Positions 18,308-26,995 of a stretch of DNA of 41,713 nt are shown piece after piece (position 1 is the first letter of the stretch; every line of letters begins with the position of its first letter). The DNA lies in the NCBI GenBank assembly GCA_034667685.1, contig JAXDQU010000006.1, positions 1 through 41,713 of the forward strand, given 5' to 3'. The notes under the pieces are model-generated. The model saw only the letters and a list, made by a program, of their open reading frames with translations, ran no database searches and was not told where the DNA came from. A program made the position numbers and the translations under genes. Origin of the DNA: Thermoplasmata archaeon (GTDB lineage Archaea > Thermoplasmatota > SW-10-69-26 > JACQPN01 > JAJPHT01).

Positions 18308-20104
18308 ATGAATCGCATCGTCATGTTCTGTGCCGTGGCCGTGGCCGCGGCGATGTGCGTGCCCGCCGGCGTCGCATCCTGGGGATCGTGGGGCGGCTCG
18401 GAGCCGAACACGAAGTACGACGACGGCTCGTACAACTACCTGAGCGCGCCTGGCAGCGCCACCGATCACGTCTACTTCAACACCTTCGAGGTCGGCCTCC
18501 TGGCCGGCGCTCCGGCCAACCCCGCCCCGGGCCTCGGCTCGCGCCTCCAGCCCGCCGTGACGGAGAGCTGGGCGGCCCTGATGGGCGTCTGGGTCGACTG
18601 CAACGGCGACGGCTTCATCGGCCTCGCCACCACCGGCCAGGTCGAGTACCGCGCGGACGTCAGCGCCGCCGCGGGCCACGCCGTGAGCACCACGCTCTGC
18701 CCCGACGTCACGGACTCCGCGGCCAACGCGGGCAAGATCCACAACCACGGCGGCTGGATCACCGAGCTCATCCCGATCGCGCCCGGCGTCGACGCGTCCT
18801 ACGGCCACCAGACGGCGGACGACATGGCGAACGTCTCCAACTACCGCATGATCGTCGACCCCTCGGCGAAGATCTGGGGCGACGGCGGCCAGCCCGGCGC
18901 GGCCTTCGCGGGCTCCGCGGGCTGCACCTACATCTTCGGCTCGGGCCAGCCCCAGCACACGGGCGGCGTCCTGACGCACGTGAACTGCCTCACCGGCGCC
19001 TTCTCGCGCGCGGACGCGACCCTCGCGGCGCACGACCTGCCCACGATCGAGCCCCTGTACGCCCCCGGCGGCCCCGCGGACGTCCAGCAGCCCGGCGGCG
19101 AGGAGAGCCAGAACAGCATCGTCTCGGGCGAGTTCGATTGCAGCGCGCCCCCGGCGGTCGACGAGCACCGGACGGTGGACGACCCCACGGGCATCGTGGG
19201 CCCCTCCTACGTCAACGTGACTGTCTACCAGCCCGGCACCCCCTCGGTCAACCCGAGCGGCAACGTGCCCGGCACGATCAACGAGACGAACGAGGAGCTC
19301 GGCCCGACCATCACGGGCGACGACTGCAACCCCTCGGACGACTACGGCCACGACACGTACGGCGCGGTCGAGGAGCCCGGCACGGACTCCGGCAGCGCGA
19401 CGGTGAAGGACAGCTCGGACTTCTACTTCACCTTCGGCCAGCCCGGCGGCCGCGGCAGCTGCGACACGCAGACCCCGACGCAGTTCACCGACTCGCTCAC
19501 GAGCTGGTTCGTCCAGTTCGGCGGCGACGGCCTGGGCCTCCCCGGCGTCGACGAGCCGGTGATCGTGCCCGGCGTCACGTGCGGCCAGCCCACCGACGCG
19601 GGCGCGCCCGCCGTCATGTGGCCCGCCTCCGAGCCGAGCGACGCGTGGCAGGAGTTCTACATCATCGTGCCCTACCCCGGCACGAGCACCGGCGCGGTCC
19701 GCGTGAACACCGAGAGCAGCATGCCCTCGGCGACCGTCACCCCCACGCCCGCCGCGTGGGACAGCTGGTACGCCTTCACCGGCGCCTCCGGCGTCACCAC
19801 CCCCGGCGCCAGCACGTACGGCACCGAGCCCTGCGAGGCCAACATCGGCGCGGGCGCGCCGGCCGACCACGGCTGGAACTGCGACCCCGCCGCGTGGAAC
19901 GTCGACGCCGCCACCGGCCAGAAGGTCGCCGACTACCAGCAGCTCGGCGCCGTGGGCGACACGTACAACCTGCGCGACGTGGACTGCACGGACAACACCG
20001 TGCTCAGCGGCAGCTCGTCGCTGAACCCCCTCGGCCAGGACGTCGGTCCGAACACCGTGGGCACCACGGGCCAGACCGCCGACCCCGCGCGCCTCTGCGC
20101 CTAG
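18308..20104 (+). CDS. Secreted acidic Cys-rich protein, paralogue A
   Basis: Signal peptide, DCNGDG (Dx[DN]xDG-like) motif, 12 Cys in the mature part, collinear similarity to 20187-22052. Confidence 0.85.
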   Translation: MNRIVMFCAVAVAAAMCVPAGVASWGSWGGSEPNTKYDDGSYNYLSAPGSATDHVYFNTFEVGLLAGAPANPAPGLGSRLQPAVTESWAALMGVWVDCNGDGFIGLATTGQVEYRADVSAAAGHAVSTTLCPDVTDSAANAGKIHNHGGWITELIPIAPGVDASYGHQTADDMANVSNYRMIVDPSAKIWGDGGQPGAAFAGSAGCTYIFGSGQPQHTGGVLTHVNCLTGAFSRADATLAAHDLPTIEPLYAPGGPADVQQPGGEESQNSIVSGEFDCSAPPAVDEHRTVDDPTGIVGPSYVNVTVYQPGTPSVNPSGNVPGTINETNEELGPTITGDDCNPSDDYGHDTYGAVEEPGTDSGSATVKDSSDFYFTFGQPGGRGSCDTQTPTQFTDSLTSWFVQFGGDGLGLPGVDEPVIVPGVTCGQPTDAGAPAVMWPASEPSDAWQEFYIIVPYPGTSTGAVRVNTESSMPSATVTPTPAAWDSWYAFTGASGVTTPGASTYGTEPCEANIGAGAPADHGWNCDPAAWNVDAATGQKVADYQQLGAVGDTYNLRDVDCTDNTVLSGSSSLNPLGQDVGPNTVGTTGQTADPARLCA

Positions 20105-20120
20105 GCGCGCACCCCTAATC

Positions 20121-20160
20121 GCGGGCGCTCCCTCGGGGGCGCCCGCTTCCCTTCTTCTTC
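20121..20160 (+). terminator. Hairpin plus pyrimidine tract; terminator-like or RNA-stabilising
   Basis: GCGGGCGC...GCGCCCGC stem followed by TTCCCTTCTTCTTC right after paralogue A. Confidence 0.6.
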
Positions 20161-20186
20161 TGACATAGGTTCTCCCGAGAGCGCTC

Positions 20187-22052
20187 ATGCCGCGCGCCGC
20201 CTTGTCACGCGCGGAGTTGAGGAGCATCCTACGCACCTACGTCACGTACTGCGCCGTCGCGCTCGCGGCCGTCCTCTGCGCCCCCGCAGGGGTCGCGGCC
20301 GGCTGGGGCTCGTACGGCAGCGCCGAGCCCGACACGCACTACGACCGCGACGGCGGCACGATGTGGACCGACGCGCCGGGCGCCACGAGCGACCGCGTCT
20401 ACTTCAACGTGTACGCGGCGCAAGGGCCGGACAACGTCGCGGCCGTGAACTCCGCGACGCTGGGCTCCCGCCTCTTCGGCTCGCCGCTCTACGCCACCTT
20501 CGACGCGCTCCTGGGCGTGTGGGCCGACTGCAACCACGACGGCTACGTCGGGCTGGGCGACACGGGCGCGCTCGAGTACGTCGCGACCGCCTCCGAGGCC
20601 GCGGGCCGCCACGTCGACGCGACGCTCTGCCCCGACCTTCCCGACACCTCCGCCAACGCGGGCCGCATCCACAACCACGGCGGCTGGATCACCGAGATGA
20701 TCCCGATCTTCCCGCAGCACGAGATCAACGGCGACTCGCAGTCCGATGCGACCAACGCGACGAACCACCGCGTGCTCGTCGACCCCGCCGCGAAGGTGTG
20801 GGGCGACCGCGTCGAGCCGCGCGCGCCCGACTTCGTCCCGCCTCCGGGCTGCACGCAGTCGAGCGTGATCCCCCTCTTCGGCTACCAGGAGACGAGCCAT
20901 ACCGGCGGCATCCTGGGCCACCTCGACTGCTCCGACGGCTACGCGCTCGACGCGGCGCGTGACCTCGCGGCGGGCAGCGATCCGACCGGCGCGCTCTCCG
21001 CGCTGCCGCAGCCCTCGACGCTCTACGCACCCGGCGGCCCCGCCGACGTCACGACGTTCGGCTCCGACGACAGCCACCAGAGCCTCGCGTCCCACGAGTT
21101 CGACTGCGGCGGCTACGCGGTCGACGAGCACCAGGAGCTGGTCAACGACGACACGACCGGCGCCGACGTCTGGGCCAACGCGAGCGTCTACAAGGTCGGC
21201 AGCCCGCAGGTCAACCCGCAGGGCACCGTGCCGGGCACGATCAACGAGACGAACGAGGAGGCGGGCCCCACGCTCACGGGCGAGGACTGCGACGCGGGCG
21301 ACGACTTCGGCCACGACTTCTACGGCACCAGCCCCATCGAGGGCACGGGCGCGGGCGGCGTCTCCGCGACGGGCAAGACGAGCGCCGAGCTGAACTTCCA
21401 GATGTTCCAGGCGCCCGTCTCCCGTGGCGGCTGCGACGCGACGACGCTCTGGCAGAACCTCGGCTTCGGCCCCGACCCGATCCCGAACGATCCGGCCCTC
21501 GTGCCGGCGGCGACGTGCGGCATGCCGGCCAACGCGGGCCTGCTCGAAGGCGACCTCGCGACCGGCATCCTCCTGGGCGGCAGCTCGTGGTGGGGCACCT
21601 CGCAGTACCTCGCCTTCTCGCCCAACGGCGGCAGCTTCGGCGACGCGCCGGTCCACGTGGACCGCAGCGGCTTCCCGCCCAGCGCGACGCCCGACGCGGA
21701 CCCCGCCAGCTGGGCCACGTTCTACGCGAGCGTCGGCGCCAGCGGCGTCGCGACGCCGGGCAACGCCGGCACGTACGGCACCGAGTGGTGCGGCGGCGAC
21801 GTGGGCTCCGGCGCGCCCGTCCACGACGGCTGGGACTGCGACCCGGCGGACTGGTACGTCGACGCGTCCACGGGCGGCAAGCTGAACGGCGCCGACGCGT
21901 TCGGCACCGTGGGCGACGCGTTCGACCTGCGCGACGTCGAGTGCTACGACGCGACGCTCGTGGCCGCTGGCTCGTCGGCCAACCCGACCGGGCAGGACCT
22001 CGGCCCGCGCACGGCGGCGCCGCTGATGGACGCCTCGCACGGGTGCAGCTAG
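20187..22052 (+). CDS. Secreted acidic Cys-rich protein, paralogue B (start may be slightly downstream)
   Basis: Shared motifs WGS.G..EP.T.YD, GVW.DCN.DG, IHNHGGWITE, VPGTINETNEE, TYGTE.C, W.CDP, LRDV.C. Confidence 0.85.
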   Translation: MPRAALSRAELRSILRTYVTYCAVALAAVLCAPAGVAAGWGSYGSAEPDTHYDRDGGTMWTDAPGATSDRVYFNVYAAQGPDNVAAVNSATLGSRLFGSPLYATFDALLGVWADCNHDGYVGLGDTGALEYVATASEAAGRHVDATLCPDLPDTSANAGRIHNHGGWITEMIPIFPQHEINGDSQSDATNATNHRVLVDPAAKVWGDRVEPRAPDFVPPPGCTQSSVIPLFGYQETSHTGGILGHLDCSDGYALDAARDLAAGSDPTGALSALPQPSTLYAPGGPADVTTFGSDDSHQSLASHEFDCGGYAVDEHQELVNDDTTGADVWANASVYKVGSPQVNPQGTVPGTINETNEEAGPTLTGEDCDAGDDFGHDFYGTSPIEGTGAGGVSATGKTSAELNFQMFQAPVSRGGCDATTLWQNLGFGPDPIPNDPALVPAATCGMPANAGLLEGDLATGILLGGSSWWGTSQYLAFSPNGGSFGDAPVHVDRSGFPPSATPDADPASWATFYASVGASGVATPGNAGTYGTEWCGGDVGSGAPVHDGWDCDPADWYVDASTGGKLNGADAFGTVGDAFDLRDVECYDATLVAAGSSANPTGQDLGPRTAAPLMDASHGCS

Positions 22053-22073
22053 GCCTCCTTCCCAGCAAGGCTG

Positions 22074-22784
22074 ATGAAGGAAGCCTCGCCTCGTCCAGGC
22101 GTGTCCAGCCTCGACGTGCTCGATTACCAGGTCGCCCTGGACGAGGCGCTCGCCAAGCCGGGCCCGGAGGGCCGCCCCCTGCTGCCCCCGGGCCTGCGCA
22201 AGTCCGCGCTGCGCGACGTGCGCCGCATCGTCGAGGCGATGGCGTTCCGCTTCGCGCTCCTGGACGAGCGCGCGCTTCCCGAGGACCTGGACTACCTGCG
22301 CGCGATCGAGGCGATGAAGCCGCCCCCGCGCGCGGCGGAGGTGCTCGCGCGCCGGCGCCCCGTCTACGCCCGCGCGCGGCGGCGCCGGCTCACCGTCACG
22401 TGGGTCACGCTCGCCCTCGTCGTCTTCGGCATCGCGGCGCTGGCGTATGGCGCGACCAGCGAGAAGGCCGACCGCGTCGTCGACCTCTCGACGTCGCGCA
22501 CCGCGTACGCCAACTTCACCGTGGGCGACAACGTCACGCGCCTGCACGTCGACGGCACGATCCTCCCCGCGCGCGGCAACGAGGGCACCATCGAGATCTT
22601 CCTCACGAGCCCCTCGGGCCACGTGTACACGCTCTGGCCCAACGGCGACGCGCGCGACACGTACCTGCGCACGAACCTCGTCGGGCCGCAGGTCGAGGCG
22701 GGCGCGTGGAGCGCGCTGGTCGACCTCAACGGCGGCGCGGGCTCGGTCTACCTCATCGTCGACGCGGTCAGCCCGGCCCGGTGA
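22074..22784 (+). CDS. Single-pass membrane hypothetical protein
   Basis: Helical N-terminal part, RRRR followed by a TM helix, beta-rich C-terminal domain with NxT sequons; tightly coupled to moaD-E. Confidence 0.7.
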   Translation: MKEASPRPGVSSLDVLDYQVALDEALAKPGPEGRPLLPPGLRKSALRDVRRIVEAMAFRFALLDERALPEDLDYLRAIEAMKPPPRAAEVLARRRPVYARARRRRLTVTWVTLALVVFGIAALAYGATSEKADRVVDLSTSRTAYANFTVGDNVTRLHVDGTILPARGNEGTIEIFLTSPSGHVYTLWPNGDARDTYLRTNLVGPQVEAGAWSALVDLNGGAGSVYLIVDAVSPAR

Positions 22785-22788
22785 TATC

Positions 22789-23514
22789 ATGAACGTCCAC
22801 GTGCGCCTCTTCGCCGGAACGCGCGATGCGGTGGGCGCGCCCCGCCTCGCGCTCGACGTGCCCGCCGACGCGCGCGCCGGCGACGTCGTGGACCGGCTCT
22901 GCCGCGAGCACCCGCGCCTGGCGGCCTACCGCGGCGCGATGCTGCTCGCGGTCGACGGCGCGTTCGCCGGCCCGGAGGCCGCGCTGCGCGAGGGCGCCGA
23001 GCTCGCCATCATGCCGCCCGTCTCCGGGGGGGCCGCAGCGACGGAACGGAGCGAGGACGCCGACGACCGGAGGTCGTCGAGCGCGGGCGAGGCGGCGATC
23101 GTCCACGACGCGATCCGCCTCGATCCGCTCGTGGCCGCGCTGGAGACCGCGGGCGCCGGCGCCGTCGTGGGATTCCTCGGCCTCGTGCGCGCCACCAGCG
23201 GCGAGCGTCCGAGCGCGCGCGTCGTCGCGCTGCGCTTCGAGGCGCACGAGACGATGGCGCTCGCGCAGATGCGCGGGCTGCGCGAGGAGGCGATCGCCAA
23301 GTTCGCGCTCACGGACCTGCTCCTGCGCCATCGCGTCGGCGAGCTTGCGGTGGGCGAGCCCATCGTCGCCGTGGTGGCCGCCGCGCCGCATCGCCGCGCC
23401 GCCTTCGAGGCCGCGGCGTGGACGATGGACGAGCTCAAGACGCGCGTGCCCATCTGGAAGCAGGAGGTCGACGCCGAAGGCGCGGCCCAGTGGGTGAACG
23501 ACCCGACCCGGTGA
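22789..23514 (+). CDS. moaE: Molybdopterin synthase MoaD-MoaE fusion (MoaX-like)
   Basis: VRLFA...MPPVSGG (MoaD), then GAVVGFLGLVR, HRVGEL.VGE, APHRRAAFEA, MDELKTRVPIWKQE (MoaE). Confidence 0.92.
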   Translation: MNVHVRLFAGTRDAVGAPRLALDVPADARAGDVVDRLCREHPRLAAYRGAMLLAVDGAFAGPEAALREGAELAIMPPVSGGAAATERSEDADDRRSSSAGEAAIVHDAIRLDPLVAALETAGAGAVVGFLGLVRATSGERPSARVVALRFEAHETMALAQMRGLREEAIAKFALTDLLLRHRVGELAVGEPIVAVVAAAPHRRAAFEAAAWTMDELKTRVPIWKQEVDAEGAAQWVNDPTR

Positions 23515-23518
23515 TATC

Positions 23519-24052
23519 ATGGAGGACGACCCGTTCCGTGGCCGCAGCCTCGCCGCCTCGAAGGCCAAGCGATTCGCACCGCCCCCCCAGCGCCAGCCCC
23601 AGCCCTCGCCCGAATCCGCTGGCCGCATGGCGGACGTGGGCGGGAAGCCGGTCGTCAAGCGCGAGGCGCGCGCCGAGGGGTTCCTGAGGCTCAAGCCCGC
23701 GACGCTCGCCGCGCTGCGCGAGGGGCGCGCGCCCAAGGGCGACCCGTTCCCCGTCGCGCGCGTGGCGGGCATCCTCGCGGCGAAGAACACGCCGGACCTC
23801 GTGCCGCTCTGCCACCCGATCCCGCTCACGGCCGTTGATGTCGAATTCGAGACCGAGGCCGAGGGCGTGCGCGTCCGCACCACCGTGCGCGCCGAGTGGC
23901 GCACCGGCGTCGAGATGGAGGCGCTCGCCGCCTGCGCCGCCGCCCTGCTCACGGTCTGGGACATGACGAAGGCGCTGGAGAAGGACGCCACGGGCAACTA
24001 TCCCGACACTGCGATCGAGTCGATCCGCGTCACGAGCAAGGTGAAGGGATGA
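23519..24052 (+). CDS. moaC: Cyclic pyranopterin monophosphate synthase
   Basis: RMADVG.K, KGD, AGILAAKNT.DLVPLCHPIPL, TGVEMEAL, WDMTKA. Confidence 0.95.
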   Translation: MEDDPFRGRSLAASKAKRFAPPPQRQPQPSPESAGRMADVGGKPVVKREARAEGFLRLKPATLAALREGRAPKGDPFPVARVAGILAAKNTPDLVPLCHPIPLTAVDVEFETEAEGVRVRTTVRAEWRTGVEMEALAACAAALLTVWDMTKALEKDATGNYPDTAIESIRVTSKVKG

Positions 24053-24558
24053 GCGATGCCGTGAGGGAGCACAAGCAGCACGCGCCCGCGCGCCTGCGCT
24101 TCGCGCTCGTCACCATGAGCGACTCGCGCAGCGCGGCGCAGGACGCCAGCGGCGAGGCGATCGCGCAGCTCGCCAAGGCGGCCGGGCACGACGTGGCCCA
24201 CCGCGCGCTGGTGCGCGACGAGCCCGCCGAGATCCGCGCCGCGTTCGAGGCGATGCTATCACGCGACGACGTGGACGTGGTGGTCGGCACGGGCGGCACG
24301 GGCCTGGCGCCCCGCGACGTCACGCCCGAGACCGTCGCCCCGCTCCTGGAGCGCGACCTGCCGGGCTTCGGGGAGCTCTTCCGCATGCTCAGCTTCCAGG
24401 AGGTCGGCGGCGCCGCGATGGCCTCGCGCGCGCGGGCCGGCGTCGCCCGCGGCAAGCTGGTCTTCCTCCTGCCGGGCAGCACGAAGGCGTGCCGCCTCGC
24501 GATGGAGCGGCTGATCCTCCCCGAGGCGCCGCACCTCGTGGGGCTCATGAGGCGCTGA
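24049..24558 (+). CDS. moaB: Molybdopterin adenylyltransferase MoaB/MogA family
   Basis: VTMSDSR, D.SG, GTGGTGLAPRDVTPE, LPGFGELFR, SRA.AG, LPGS; ATGA overlap with moaC. Confidence 0.93.
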   Translation: MSDAVREHKQHAPARLRFALVTMSDSRSAAQDASGEAIAQLAKAAGHDVAHRALVRDEPAEIRAAFEAMLSRDDVDVVVGTGGTGLAPRDVTPETVAPLLERDLPGFGELFRMLSFQEVGGAAMASRARAGVARGKLVFLLPGSTKACRLAMERLILPEAPHLVGLMRR

Positions 24559-24639
24559 CTGCGCGGCCAGCCTGGCGCTCGCGCTCGTCATCGTGCGGCC
24601 CCTTGTACGCGAATCGTTTCTTGGTTCGCTCCGCGCAGC

Positions 24640-24710
24640 CGCCAACACGCGAACACGCCAGCACGCCAACGCGCGTCCCGACGCGGCCGAGCTCGCAGCG
24701 TGGTGGCGTG
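24640..24710. repeat. Degenerate palindrome with CCAACACG-type octamer units, between convergent genes
   Basis: Four units CCAACACG/CGAACACG/CCAGCACG/CCAACGCG; CACGCCAGCACGC (24654-24666) pairs with GCGTGGTGGCGTG (24698-24710) with one mismatch. Confidence 0.55.
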
Positions 24711-24763
24711 AGATTTGGGGCGCGAAGCCGTGCCCGTGCGGGCCCGGGAACGAGCCTGCCGCG

Positions 24764-26056
24764 TCAGCTGATCGACAGCACCGTGAAGTCCACGGTGAGC
24801 GGCCGCCCGCCCAGCGGGTCGGGGTTCGGCGTCGACTCGACGACCTGCTCGTCGGTGAGCGCCTTCACCGTGAACGTGATGGTGGGCTGCGTGGGGTCCT
24901 GCGTCTGCTTGGGGAACTGCAGGCCCACGCGCGGGTTGTGCTGGATGACGATGGTCGTGTCGTTGAGCGAGACGACCTGGCTCATCTGCGGCCAGTAGTC
25001 GTTGACCGTCAGGTTGTCGCCCACGTGGACGTCGGGCGTGGTGTAGAAGGTGACGCTCGAGTCGTTGGTGGCGACGACGCGGCTCGCGCTGGGGAAGTAC
25101 GGGAAGAGCGTGTACGTCTCGTTGACGTGCACGTCGCGCACGAGCCGCACCTCGGTCTGGTTGATGGCGAGGATGCGGTAGGGCACGGGGTCGCCGTTGG
25201 GCGACTGCGTGTGGATGACGTCGCCCGCCTTGTAGTCGGAGGCGTTGCCCTGGTTGCTCCCCTCGAGGAACTGCTGGAACTGCGCCTCGGCGAGCGTCGT
25301 GCCCGGAAGCGGGAGCGTCTGGTTGCGCTCCAGCGTGAGGACGCGCGGCTCGGCGGTCTCCTGCGTGGCGTTGCCGGCGCCGCGGTCGGGGCCGAAGGTG
25401 ATGGTGCGCGACTCGCCCGGCTGCGCGCCCAGGAGCCCCTCGTAGAGGCCGAGGAACGTGTCGGAGCGCGGCGCCACGTACGGGGCGGCGCTGACGCCCG
25501 CGAAGGAGGCGTCCTTCTGGAAGCTGGCGCCCGCGAGCGCGCGGTCGTTGCTCTCGTAGACGGAGCCGGTGTCCGCCAGGCGGAACGTGTAGGTGAGGTT
25601 CGCGTGCTGCCCGTTCGAGAAGCCCGCCCCCGGCGGGAGGACGCCCAGGGTGAGCGCGTCGGGCCGCGTGCGGAGGACGGCGCCCTGCTCGTCGAGGAGC
25701 GAGACGTTGAGCGGGTAGGCGCCCGGCGCCGTGCCCTCCGGGACGAGGAGGGTGACGAAGACCGTCCGGTTGCCGCCCGCGGGCGCGTTGACCAGCGGGC
25801 TGCGGAAGGTGCCGCCGAACGCCTCGAGGCTCGCGCGCACCGCGGGGTCGCCGCCGCCGCGGTTGTCGATGCGGATGGGGAAGGTGACGTTGTGGCCCGC
25901 CGTGGCGTTCAGGGTCGGGTGGAGCGGCGCGATCGCGAGGACCTTCTGCCCCGTCTTGTCGCCCAGCACGGCGGAGACGCCCCAGCTCGCGCCGACGAGC
26001 GCGCCGAGGAACAGGACGAATGCGAGTGCCTTGAGCAGCGCGCTCCCAGCGGCCAT
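24764..26056 (-). CDS. Membrane-anchored extracytoplasmic FKBP/SlyD-like foldase with an N-terminal Ig-like domain
   Basis: N-terminal TM; YTFRLADTGSVYESN, GLYEGLLGAQPGESRTITFGPD, PLGGRPLTVDFTVLSI match the FKBP outline; many sequons. Confidence 0.75.
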   Translation of the reverse strand: MAAGSALLKALAFVLFLGALVGASWGVSAVLGDKTGQKVLAIAPLHPTLNATAGHNVTFPIRIDNRGGGDPAVRASLEAFGGTFRSPLVNAPAGGNRTVFVTLLVPEGTAPGAYPLNVSLLDEQGAVLRTRPDALTLGVLPPGAGFSNGQHANLTYTFRLADTGSVYESNDRALAGASFQKDASFAGVSAAPYVAPRSDTFLGLYEGLLGAQPGESRTITFGPDRGAGNATQETAEPRVLTLERNQTLPLPGTTLAEAQFQQFLEGSNQGNASDYKAGDVIHTQSPNGDPVPYRILAINQTEVRLVRDVHVNETYTLFPYFPSASRVVATNDSSVTFYTTPDVHVGDNLTVNDYWPQMSQVVSLNDTTIVIQHNPRVGLQFPKQTQDPTQPTITFTVKALTDEQVVESTPNPDPLGGRPLTVDFTVLSIS

Positions 26057-26142
26057 GGTGACCGGCGCGCGCAACGCCAGGGCCCCTTAAAAAGACGACC
26101 TTCGGCGCAGGCTATTTTCGATGCGGCAGGCTTGCGCGCCCG

Positions 26143-26754
26143 ATGGACGCGGCGACCTGGCTCGCGCTCTGGGCCGTCGTCTCGACCGCGCTCTGGCTCA
26201 ACCTCCCGGCGTACCTGGGCAACATGATGCCCGTCTTCATGGGCGGAGGCAGGCCCATCGACGGGGGCCGGCTCTGGCGCGACGGCAAGCCGATCCTCGG
26301 GCCGGGCAAGACGTGGCGCGGCCTGCTCGTGGGTCCGCTCATCAGCGCCGTGCTCTGCGGACTCCTCCGCTGGCTGGTCGTCGACACGCATTGGCACGAC
26401 TACGAGGATTGGAGCGCCTGGGGCCCCGCGCCCTGGTGGTTCGTCATGGTCTACATGATGGGCCTGGGCGCGCTGGTGGGCGACGCGGTGAAGAGCTTCT
26501 TCAAGCGCAGGACCGGACGGGAACGTGGCGCCTCCTGGCCCGTCTTCGACCAGCTCGACTTCGTCGTCGGGAGCCTCGTCTTCGCCGCGATCGCCGGGTT
26601 CGGCCTCGCCGCGCTGGGCCTGACGGACCACAACGTCTTCCTCAGCGATTTCACGTGGCCGCGCCTGCTCGCCATCGTCATCCTGACGCCCGGGCTCCAC
26701 CTGCTCGTGAACGTCATCGGCTACTGGCTGAAGCTCAAGGACGTGCCCTGGTAG
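26143..26754 (+). CDS. carS: CDP-archaeol synthase
   Basis: LPAYLGNMMPV.GGG.PIDGG, ILGPGKTWRG, GALVGDAVKSFFKRR, DQLDF, C-terminal LKLKDVPW. Confidence 0.93.
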   Translation: MDAATWLALWAVVSTALWLNLPAYLGNMMPVFMGGGRPIDGGRLWRDGKPILGPGKTWRGLLVGPLISAVLCGLLRWLVVDTHWHDYEDWSAWGPAPWWFVMVYMMGLGALVGDAVKSFFKRRTGRERGASWPVFDQLDFVVGSLVFAAIAGFGLAALGLTDHNVFLSDFTWPRLLAIVILTPGLHLLVNVIGYWLKLKDVPW

Positions 26755-26769
26755 GAAGCCAGCCCCTCC

Positions 26770-26872
26770 CTTCCCCTCTTCCGATTCCGCTTCCGATTCC
26801 GAACGCGAGCCGACGGGAAATCGGAAGCGGAATCGGAAGAGGGGAAGAGGGGAAGAGGGGAAGAGGGGAAGA
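26770..26872. repeat. TTCCGA-family palindrome plus (GGGGAAGA)4 tandem repeat
   Basis: Perfect 29-bp arms 26770-26798 / 26819-26847; four GGGGAAGA units at 26841-26872. Confidence 0.9.
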
Positions 26873-26995
26873 CGGGAACCGCCCGAAAGGGTGCGGGGTG
26901 GCGGCCAGCCGGTGTGGCGCACTGTGCCCATGTCGCACTGCGGCGCTCCGGCACGACCCGCAACCATGCCGCGGTTGGGCGCGAGCGCCGCCTGC

